Shown in pieces: positions 24,745 to 32,859 of a DNA stretch of 64,000 bases; position 1 is the stretch's first letter, and every line of letters starts with the position of its first letter. Below the pieces are notes generated by a model. It worked only from the letters and a program-made list of their open reading frames with translations. It was not told the origin of the DNA and did no database searches. This DNA is from a virus (taxonomy: Duplodnaviria > Caudoviricetes), in the IMG/VR virus record IMGVR_UViG_3300033273_000833, positions 128,001 to 192,000 of that record; one strand, given 5' to 3'. A program made the translations under genes and the position numbers.

Positions 24745-25328
24745 TGTTTTTTTACGAACTTAGTGATTTTCCTCAATTAACTGAGTTGGTCGAAAATTGG
24801 AAAACTATTAAAGAGGAAGCTTCGCACCTGAGCGGCTATAACTTAAACATTAATAGGGTTGATAAAGACCATGAAGTTGTTGCTGAAGAAATATTAAAAA
24901 AAATAAAATTAAATAAAAAAAATGGATGGGTTGATGGGTGGAATAACAAAGGCGAAATAAATAAAAGTTGGATTCAATATGGCTTAATAATTAATGATCA
25001 AGAAATACCGTGCAGTAATATGCCTAAAACTATAAAACTATTAAAAAAAATAAAAGGAATAAAAGTTGCGGCGCTAAATATACTAAAAAGTGAATCAATA
25101 TTAGGAACCCATACTCATCCAGAAATGATTACAGAGAAATTGGCGCAAATGCACATCTCTCTTGACGCACCAGAGCCGAAGCAATCATATCTTTGTATTA
25201 ATGGAGATTTTTTTGAACATAAAACTGGCAATTATGTAATATTTAACGGGGCCTATCCTCATTTTGCTATAAACGCAGGAAAAAAGGACAGAATGATTTT
25301 ATATTTAGAATTTAAAAAAAATAATTAG
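24744..25328 (+). CDS. Aspartyl/asparaginyl beta-hydroxylase-like 2OG-Fe(II) dioxygenase
   Basis: L..NWKTIKEEA, ILGTHTH, HISL, IFNG...H...N....RMILY pattern. Confidence 0.8.
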   Translation: MFFYELSDFPQLTELVENWKTIKEEASHLSGYNLNINRVDKDHEVVAEEILKKIKLNKKNGWVDGWNNKGEINKSWIQYGLIINDQEIPCSNMPKTIKLLKKIKGIKVAALNILKSESILGTHTHPEMITEKLAQMHISLDAPEPKQSYLCINGDFFEHKTGNYVIFNGAYPHFAINAGKKDRMILYLEFKKNN

Positions 25329-26611
25329 TATCTTTTTATTAATGCGTAAAAATCATTGCCGTTGGTAACTTGCCCGTAAAAATTGTAATCACCATTACTA
25401 TCTAACTTGGCCTGAAATTTATTGTTGACGCCGATGTAAACAACATCCTTGTGCGCAACGGCATCAAGCGTTCCCGTGGTAAATCTGCTGGATGAATGAT
25501 CGAAACCTGTAAATGTATCATCAGCTGGATTTATTGCTAAAATTGATTCTTTTTCCAATTGTCTGACATGCATCTCAAAAAAACTAGTATCCTTCTTTTC
25601 GAGCGTTCCGCCTCCCCCCATAGTCTCTAGAGTATAATTCACGCCACTGCTAGGTTGGGCGGCTTGCCCTCCGCCTCCACCTTTTGTTACTGCAAAATAA
25701 AAAGTGCGCACATTCCCGTCCGCTAGTGTCAGAGCGGGGTTTGGTTTAATATGGAGCTTGTCGTTTTCAAACTTAGCTACCCAATATTCTTCTTCTCTAT
25801 AACCAACTGGTACATAATTCGAGTCTAATTTATTCCAATTACCCATCATCACCCAAGGCTGGTGGAAACTTGCAGCCCCAGAAGCTCCAAGCACGTTGCA
25901 GTCTGAGAAATCTGTGTCGCTATTCCAACTTGCGACACTACCAGAGGCATCGGTTGGGCGGTGCATGTCTATTATATCTCCTTGAGGTAAATCAACTAAA
26001 TGAAAGTTTGCCAAGTCATTATTATAAGTGTTTCTACCTGATTGAGTTTGATTTGCAAAATCAATTTCTAGAACTTCTTCATGAGTGCTTCCTCCAGGCA
26101 GAGTACAGTAAACATATCCAATAATACCGCCTTCTCCGCCACTAGTTCGAGTGTCTTGGGTTGCGGATGCTTTTGTAAAGCGCATAAGGTTAATTTTGCC
26201 CGAGGTCGACTTGCTATGACTGGCTGTAACGACCCCAGCGTCAGTAAGGCTTAATGTTACCGTGAAAGACGAAGAGCTGTTCTGCGTTATAGTAGCCGTC
26301 ACAGAAGAACCAGGTATAAGCTCGACAGTCTCCATGCTGTATTGTGGATAACCGTTCGCAGCAAATGAAACAGGTTGAGCAACTATTATTTGAGTGTCTT
26401 TGTTGAAATCAGAAAATGTAGCGGTATTTGAGCCTTTAGTTAAAACAGTAGCGCTATCGATGTAGCCACCAGTCGAGCCGCCGCCACCTAAACCTCCTTC
26501 ATTTAAAGTTTTAATGCTGATTTTGTAATTTTGCGATTCATGCTCAATAGGTATATAGCCTCCTGTGGGAGCAACACCCGTTTCTGTAAGTTCTGAGATT
26601 TTCGAGCCCAT
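25325..26611 (-). CDS. Fibre/receptor-binding-like virion protein
   Basis: N-terminal SKISEL anchor, G/S/T-rich beta content, late promoter. Confidence 0.65.
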   Translation of the reverse strand: MGSKISELTETGVAPTGGYIPIEHESQNYKISIKTLNEGGLGGGGSTGGYIDSATVLTKGSNTATFSDFNKDTQIIVAQPVSFAANGYPQYSMETVELIPGSSVTATITQNSSSSFTVTLSLTDAGVVTASHSKSTSGKINLMRFTKASATQDTRTSGGEGGIIGYVYCTLPGGSTHEEVLEIDFANQTQSGRNTYNNDLANFHLVDLPQGDIIDMHRPTDASGSVASWNSDTDFSDCNVLGASGAASFHQPWVMMGNWNKLDSNYVPVGYREEEYWVAKFENDKLHIKPNPALTLADGNVRTFYFAVTKGGGGGQAAQPSSGVNYTLETMGGGGTLEKKDTSFFEMHVRQLEKESILAINPADDTFTGFDHSSSRFTTGTLDAVAHKDVVYIGVNNKFQAKLDSNGDYNFYGQVTNGNDFYALIKRY

Positions 26612-26635
26612 AATTATTATATTATAATTACACTA

Positions 26636-27709
26636 TTATTCCAAATCTATTGTGTCTCCATTAGCTAGCAATAAACAACTATCATCAACTAGCTTTATGC
26701 ATGCGGAGTTCACTATAACTGTTCGAGTAACTTCATCGGCGGCAGCGCCTTCTAAATCAGTAACGTTATATGTAACTTCATAAGTCGCAGCTACAGAAGT
26801 GTCAACTGGATTATTTGTAACAATTCTACTTGTAATATCTCCATCTGCCGTATCAAATGCTGTGGCACCTGCATCAGTATAAATGGAATCATAATCTACA
26901 TTAACTTCAGCATCACCCAATAAAGTAATAACAGGAGGATTATTAATAATATTTACAATTCTATTTCCAGATACAGTTAACCCTCCAGAGTCAGTAACTT
27001 CATAATCTACAGTATATAATCCATTAGATCCAGTATTTACATTATTTGTTGTAATTATTGCGCTAGTCAAATCCCCGTCTTCAGGATCACTCGCTGTAGC
27101 TCCCGCATCACTGTAGACTACTCCATGAAAATGGTCTACGAAAGCGCTTCCAAGAATTGTTATGGTTGGCGGCTGATTCCATTCCACATTAACCGTCACC
27201 TCTAAACTATCTCTTCCAGCATAATTATCAGCAAAAACATTAAACACTATTTCAATAGTATCTCCAGCACTATAACCTAAATCACCTAAATTAATAGTAC
27301 CTTGCAATAATCCTGTATTAGAATTAAATGTAAGACCAGAAGGATAACTATTAGCAATATATAAAAATGGATGATTAATATCACCAGTCATATTATCAGC
27401 TACAATTTGATAAGAAAAATTAAATTCTCTACTATTAGTTTCAATATTAATAATTGAATCAGATGTTATAACAGGAAGTTCTGATTTAACTATTCCCCTA
27501 AATTCAGAAAACCGATAGGTTTTAGTGGTGCTCCCTTCAGGTGCTAGTAGCCCTACAGGAATAGCCTGACCATAATCATCAATCAAAACCTCATTCGGCA
27601 TCTTATATGGCGCGCTCCATCCAGCAATACTGGATGTACTAACTTTTTTAGAATTATTGTCTAAAAAACCACTAATTTCAGAAAACTTTATTTCCCCTTC
27701 TTCGAACAT
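26636..27709 (-). CDS. Ig-like domain virion protein (putative Ig domain plus two DUF5011/HYR-like repeats)
   Basis: YPSGLTFNSNTGLLQGT; PPTITILG...DAGATASDPEDGDLT...YTVDYEVTDSGG repeated twice. Confidence 0.8.
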   Translation of the reverse strand: MFEEGEIKFSEISGFLDNNSKKVSTSSIAGWSAPYKMPNEVLIDDYGQAIPVGLLAPEGSTTKTYRFSEFRGIVKSELPVITSDSIINIETNSREFNFSYQIVADNMTGDINHPFLYIANSYPSGLTFNSNTGLLQGTINLGDLGYSAGDTIEIVFNVFADNYAGRDSLEVTVNVEWNQPPTITILGSAFVDHFHGVVYSDAGATASDPEDGDLTSAIITTNNVNTGSNGLYTVDYEVTDSGGLTVSGNRIVNIINNPPVITLLGDAEVNVDYDSIYTDAGATAFDTADGDITSRIVTNNPVDTSVAATYEVTYNVTDLEGAAADEVTRTVIVNSACIKLVDDSCLLLANGDTIDLE

Positions 27710-27876
27710 GGGAATTTTTTGTTTATTATTTTTATTAATGGTTCGGTATTGCCAGATTTTATGTAGTCTGCGGGATATCCTCCTTTTAAATCTTTATTAG
27801 GCTCTCCAAGCCATATTGCTGCATCGCGAGGACCAAGGTGATCACATAATCGTTGGAAAATTTGAAATTTATTCAT
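27688..27876 (-). CDS. Stand-alone Xre/MbcA/ParS-type antitoxin C-terminal (DUF2384-like) domain
   Basis: DAAIWLGEPNKDLKGGYPADYIKSG matches A..WL..PN..L.G..P.D.....G. Confidence 0.75.
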   Translation of the reverse strand: MNKFQIFQRLCDHLGPRDAAIWLGEPNKDLKGGYPADYIKSGNTEPLIKIINKKFPCSKKGK

Positions 27877-27915
27877 TATAATTGATTACACTAGTGTAAA
27901 TTTTATTTTAATAAT

Positions 27916-28644
27916 ATGCCACGTAAAAAAACTACGAAAAAAGAAGAGGCGTTCAAAATCCCTCAATTAGCTAGCCCAGGTTTTAAAGTTGAAAATAAAA
28001 AATTAACTGAAAGACAAAAAGAGTTCCTATCCCTTTCTTTAGATCAAGATACGCGCATAATGTTTGTATGCGGGCCAGCAGGAAGTTCAAAAACTTATAT
28101 GGCTGTTTATTCCGCATTAAGGCATTTAAGCAATAATGATGATTATGATTTAATGTATATTAGAACTGTAATTGAAAGTGCTGATAAGGGGCTTGGCGCT
28201 TTACCAGGCGATATTGCGGATAAATTTAATCCATATATAGCTCCTTTAAAAGATAAATTAGATGAAATGCTACCAGCTAAAAATACTGCACCCTCAGTCA
28301 TGAAAGAATTAATGGATCAAAGAGTAGATGCGCTACCCATTAACTTCCTTAGGGGCGCTAACTGGATTAATAAAATAGTTGTAGCAGACGAGGCTCAAAA
28401 CTTTACTTTCAAGGAATTAACAACTCTCGTAACGCGATTAGGTGAAAATAGCAAACTATTCATTTGTGGAGATTTTATGCAGAGTGATATTAATGGAAAA
28501 AGCGGCTTCGGGCCAATGTACGATATCTTTGATGACGAAGATAGTAAATTGAAAGGCATTCATTGCTTTCGATTTACAAAAGATGACATCATGCGAGATG
28601 AATTACTTAAATTTATTATTGGAAAACTTGAAAATAGAAAATAA
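27916..28644 (+). CDS. phoH: PhoH-like ATPase
   Basis: GPAGSSKT Walker A, RTVIE, GALPGD, FLRG, DEAQN, TRLGENSK, GD..QSD. Confidence 0.95.
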   Translation: MPRKKTTKKEEAFKIPQLASPGFKVENKKLTERQKEFLSLSLDQDTRIMFVCGPAGSSKTYMAVYSALRHLSNNDDYDLMYIRTVIESADKGLGALPGDIADKFNPYIAPLKDKLDEMLPAKNTAPSVMKELMDQRVDALPINFLRGANWINKIVVADEAQNFTFKELTTLVTRLGENSKLFICGDFMQSDINGKSGFGPMYDIFDDEDSKLKGIHCFRFTKDDIMRDELLKFIIGKLENRK

Positions 28645-28662
28645 AGGTGTATATCTTTATAT

Positions 28663-29229
28663 ATGGAGCTAGTCGCAGCAATAATAGGAGCAATATCTAC
28701 GCTATTTGGGGTATATTTAACCCATAAGCTAAGGGTATCTAAGGATCCTTTACCTAAAGATATAGATAGAAATGATAACATTTATACTGCTTTATCGTAT
28801 CTTATTGAAGAAACTGAAGCTGATAGATGCTATGTATATGAATTTCATAATGGGGATTATTATTACAGTGGAAATTCTCAACAAAAATTCAGCAATACAT
28901 ATGAAATAGTCGAAGAAGGTATTAGTTCTGAGTCAGAAAGAGAGCAAAATTTAAGAGTATCAAGTTATAACTTTTTTATTAAACAATTAATTAATGAAGG
29001 TGGAGTTTGTTACGCAAATACAGAAAAAATACCCGACCCTTTGTTTAAGGAAAGAATGCATAATAAAGGTATAGTTAGCATTTCTTGCGTACCAATTAAG
29101 TTGTTGAATGGGAAAATAATAGGTATTTTGGGGGTAGATTACGTAAAGCATAAAAATAAATGCGATGAAACTATGTTTCAATTACTGAGAAATCAAGCTA
29201 GAATTATTAGCGGTTACTTAGGCGAATAG
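28663..29229 (+). CDS. Membrane-anchored GAF-domain protein (holin candidate)
   Basis: N-terminal TM helix; ADRCYVYEFHNG...SISCVPIK...IIGILGVDY GAF pattern. Confidence 0.6.
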   Translation: MELVAAIIGAISTLFGVYLTHKLRVSKDPLPKDIDRNDNIYTALSYLIEETEADRCYVYEFHNGDYYYSGNSQQKFSNTYEIVEEGISSESEREQNLRVSSYNFFIKQLINEGGVCYANTEKIPDPLFKERMHNKGIVSISCVPIKLLNGKIIGILGVDYVKHKNKCDETMFQLLRNQARIISGYLGE

Positions 29230-29262
29230 TTGAATTTTAATTAAATAATTATATAATTAACT

Positions 29263-29613
29263 ATGAATATAGTTTATTGTACTAGTTGTGGCCACAAAAT
29301 CGAATATACATCTCCTTCGCCAAAATTTTGTCCTTCATGTGGTAGTAGTATGGGTAACTCAAGCGCGTCTGTAGCTAGCAGCGCCTCAGTCGAAAATACT
29401 ATTGTTGAAGAAAAGATACCATCTATATCTAAATTAGAATATGAGATAGATGCAAGCAATGGAAATCGAGTAATCTCAGGAAGCGATATACAAAATATAT
29501 CAGAATCTCCTAAAAGAAAAATTTCCAATAGCCAAGGAGGCAATGAAGATCTTATCAAAGAAGGTATGCAGTTATGTAGGCAAAGTAAAAAGCAGACCGA
29601 TATTGATGGGTAG
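29263..29613 (+). CDS. Zinc-ribbon protein
   Basis: YCTSCGHK...KFCPSCG. Confidence 0.8.
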   Translation: MNIVYCTSCGHKIEYTSPSPKFCPSCGSSMGNSSASVASSASVENTIVEEKIPSISKLEYEIDASNGNRVISGSDIQNISESPKRKISNSQGGNEDLIKEGMQLCRQSKKQTDIDG

Positions 29614-30322
29614 AAAAAAGAAACTTAAATACGAAGATTGCGTAGATGTAATTGATAACGAACTACGTAAAAGGAAGCACAAGTGGAGACTGCATGCGCT
29701 TGCATGGATGGATTATGACGATGTTCAGCAAATTATAAGAGCTCATATTTATAAAAAATGGGATCAATGGGACCAAAAGAGGGGACTGGCTCCTTGGATA
29801 AATAAAATTATATCCAATCAAATTAAAAATATATTCAGGAATTACTATACTAATTTTGCAAGACCATGCCTGAACTGTCCTTTTGCGCAGTCATCTGCCA
29901 GTGAACATGAAGAGGGTCATACAGGATTATGCGGATTTACCCCAAGCGGCGTACAATGTTCAGAGTGCCCGCTATACTCAAAGTGGGAAAAAACTAAAAA
30001 AAGCGCTCATGACATAAAAATGCCCTTAGCTCTAGAGCATCATCCCCAAGAAGTTTATAATATATCAGAGCAGTTAACAGATATTTCCGACGCTGAAAAA
30101 AAGTTGCATACTCTTATGCGCACTAAATTGTCTGAAAAGCATTATATTATTTATGATATGATTTACATTCAACATATGCCAGAGGATAAAGTTGCCGAAA
30201 AAATGGGATATAAGAGTAACGAAAAAGGAAGAAAAGCTGGGTACAAACAATTAAAAAATTTAAAAAAGATTTTTGTGGAAAAAGCGAAAGAAATTATTGA
30301 CAAGAAAGATATTATAATATGA
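29606..30322 (+). CDS. Phage RNA polymerase sigma factor (ECF-like) with Cys-rich insertion
   Basis: sigma2-like DYDDVQQ...LAPWINKIISNQIKN; sigma4-like LSEKHYIIYDM...EDKVAEKMG; CLNC...C...CSEC between them. Confidence 0.75.
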   Translation: MGRKKKLKYEDCVDVIDNELRKRKHKWRLHALAWMDYDDVQQIIRAHIYKKWDQWDQKRGLAPWINKIISNQIKNIFRNYYTNFARPCLNCPFAQSSASEHEEGHTGLCGFTPSGVQCSECPLYSKWEKTKKSAHDIKMPLALEHHPQEVYNISEQLTDISDAEKKLHTLMRTKLSEKHYIIYDMIYIQHMPEDKVAEKMGYKSNEKGRKAGYKQLKNLKKIFVEKAKEIIDKKDIII

Positions 30323-31380
30323 GTAAAATAACATTAACAGATGCGCAAAAAGAATATTTAAGGGAAAATCATAAAAAAATTCCTGATCTAATTAAATTGA
30401 CTCAAAATACATTTTTAGATGAAAGCTTAGATGGGCGATCTAAAGAAGGTCGAGCTGTCAAAGATTTTCTCGTTGAGGAAAATCTAGACTACAATACGAC
30501 AAAAAAAGAAAAAAAGGGACCAGTTGAACTTACTGATGAACAAAAAGACGAAATCTTAGACTTGGCTGAAGATGGCTTAAACTCTTTTCAAATTGCTCAA
30601 ATAATATTCCCTGAGGATGAAGTAAAAAAATTATCAACAGAACAACGCACCGTTATGGCTTATATTAAAGATGTAGCGCCAGATCTTTTGCAAAAAGATG
30701 AAAAACCAAGAGTCAGGGAAAAATATCAACCACCATCCGAATTGAATCACGTATTAGCATTAATATCCGCTCACACTGGAGACGACATTAATCCTGAGGA
30801 ATTAGGATTGGTTGAGAAAAAGTCGGCAGAAAAAATGCTATTATTCTTATCTGCTCCTAGGTTTCTAAATACAATAAATAATTATAGAGATAAAGATGAT
30901 AGAGATTTGTTTGAAGCTGAGTTTGTTAGGGCTACTTGGGGCAAACCAGATTTAACTACCGATGAAATTAATTTATACATTAATGTTTGTATTGATTATA
31001 TTAACCTTAGGAACATAAGTAGAAATATCGAAAAGCTAAATAGAATGTTTAATGAGGCTGACTCTCAACAAGAAATGACCGTAAGGCTCGCAGAACTCCT
31101 CAAGACAAAAAGTGAGGAGTATGATAAATGCGAAAAAAGAATGGAGTCTTTGATTAAAAAATTGAATGGTGATCGAGCAAGAAGATTAGAAAACCGTCAA
31201 TCTCAAAACGCATCTATACTTTCATTAGTTGAAACATTCCAGAATGAAAAAGAAAGAGCTGTTATGGTTCGAATGGCAGAAATGCAAAAGAAATTAGTTA
31301 AAGAAGAGGCTGATCGCATGGAGTCCATGGATTCGTGGAAAGCTAGAATACTAGGACTATCTAAAGACGATGCAATATAA
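30319..31380 (+). CDS. HTH/coiled-coil protein, terminase small subunit candidate
   Basis: LTDEQKDEILDLAEDGLNSFQIAQIIF HTH; C-terminal coiled coil; upstream of terL. Confidence 0.4.
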   Translation: MSKITLTDAQKEYLRENHKKIPDLIKLTQNTFLDESLDGRSKEGRAVKDFLVEENLDYNTTKKEKKGPVELTDEQKDEILDLAEDGLNSFQIAQIIFPEDEVKKLSTEQRTVMAYIKDVAPDLLQKDEKPRVREKYQPPSELNHVLALISAHTGDDINPEELGLVEKKSAEKMLLFLSAPRFLNTINNYRDKDDRDLFEAEFVRATWGKPDLTTDEINLYINVCIDYINLRNISRNIEKLNRMFNEADSQQEMTVRLAELLKTKSEEYDKCEKRMESLIKKLNGDRARRLENRQSQNASILSLVETFQNEKERAVMVRMAEMQKKLVKEEADRMESMDSWKARILGLSKDDAI

Positions 31381-31945
31381 ATACGTACAGCCTCAAAGAA
31401 TTACTACTGTATACGATCAGTTGTTTACAGCCAATTCAGTCCTTTCTAAGGAGGGTTGTAGTTACTTAATTGACTCTTATTCAAATAAATGCAAGCAAGC
31501 GACTGTAGTAGGTTCTAATGAAGGTAGCCGTAATAATTTACATACTATCGCAGAAGCATCTCACCCTGTCATCAAAGAGATTAAAAAATATTGCAGTCAG
31601 ATAACTAAAACTAATATTAATTTTCAAGAAGAAGTTCAATTTGTAAAATATGACCCCTCTATGTATTATGGCGAACACTATGATTTCTTTGAGAATACCA
31701 GATCTGTCATAGGTAACAGTTTTGGGAAACAAAGATTGTTTAGCATTTTATTCTATTTAAACGATGGCAAAGAAGGTGGGGAGACACGGTTTCCAAACTT
31801 TAAAATATCTTTCACCCCTAAAGCTGGTAGAATGTTAATGTGGAAAAATTTAAAAAATAATCAATTAAATTATGATATGCTTCATGAGTCTAAGCCAACA
31901 AAAGACTGGACGAAATACGCTCTAATATTATGGATCAGGACTTAG
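31370..31945 (+). CDS. Prolyl-4-hydroxylase-like 2OG-Fe(II) dioxygenase
   Basis: QFVKY....YGEHYD...QR.FSILFYLND..EGGET.FP...PKAG....W.N...LHES......K. Confidence 0.9.
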   Translation: MQYKYVQPQRITTVYDQLFTANSVLSKEGCSYLIDSYSNKCKQATVVGSNEGSRNNLHTIAEASHPVIKEIKKYCSQITKTNINFQEEVQFVKYDPSMYYGEHYDFFENTRSVIGNSFGKQRLFSILFYLNDGKEGGETRFPNFKISFTPKAGRMLMWKNLKNNQLNYDMLHESKPTKDWTKYALILWIRT

Positions 31946-32859
31946 ATTATACATGCAAAGTTTGTAATAAATCTTTTAAATCTGAAAGAGCATTGCATAT
32001 ACATATAAAATCTCATAATATTTTATTGAGTGAATATTATACCACTTACTATCCTATGAAAAATTGGTACAATGGCGAGCCATTACCTTTCAAGAATAAA
32101 AAAGATTATTTTCGTAAAAAATTTTCGAATCGATGGCAAATGATACAATGGTTAATTCAGAATAAACATAATTTTATCGCCAAAGATTATGCTATTAACG
32201 AATTAAAATATAGAATACAAGAAAAAAAGCTCGAGAGAGGCCCTAATCATATCGAATTAGAAATATATGACTTGCCACCCATCGACAGCTATAAAATGCT
32301 TTTTGGGTCATATACGGATGCCTGTAGACTATCTGATGTAGAGCCGATATTTAATAAAAGAATATGTAAAGAATTTTACTCTAACAAATATAGCGATATA
32401 CCAATTTTTATAGACACAAGAGAACAACAGCCCCTTGAGTTTTCAAATTCAAAGACAATGAAACTGGATTTCGGCGATTATACATCTTCGGGCGATTATT
32501 ATTCGTATACTTATGTTGACAGAAAAGGAGAGCAAGATTTTAAGTCTACAATGTCTACAGGATTTAGCAGATTCAAGAAAGAATTAGATCGATGTAAAAA
32601 TATGGGATGCTATTTATATGTCGTTACTGAGAGTGATATAGAAAAAATTAAAAAAAGAAATAACTTTGCGAAACATAGATCAAATTTAGATTATATATGG
32701 CACAACATGAGACTTTTATCTCATGAATATGCAGGATGCTGTCAATTCATCTTTACTGGTGATCGTGAGAAATCCATAGAAGTTATCCCAAAGCTTTTAG
32801 TTTTAGGCGATAAATTATGGAACACTGACATACAATACTACTTAGATAAACAAAAATGA
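31930..32859 (+). CDS. C2H2 zinc finger plus ERCC4/XPF-family nuclease
   Basis: CKVCNKSFKSERALHIHIKSH; IDTREQ, LDFGDY, VDRK...DF. Confidence 0.8.
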   Translation: MDQDLDYTCKVCNKSFKSERALHIHIKSHNILLSEYYTTYYPMKNWYNGEPLPFKNKKDYFRKKFSNRWQMIQWLIQNKHNFIAKDYAINELKYRIQEKKLERGPNHIELEIYDLPPIDSYKMLFGSYTDACRLSDVEPIFNKRICKEFYSNKYSDIPIFIDTREQQPLEFSNSKTMKLDFGDYTSSGDYYSYTYVDRKGEQDFKSTMSTGFSRFKKELDRCKNMGCYLYVVTESDIEKIKKRNNFAKHRSNLDYIWHNMRLLSHEYAGCCQFIFTGDREKSIEVIPKLLVLGDKLWNTDIQYYLDKQK

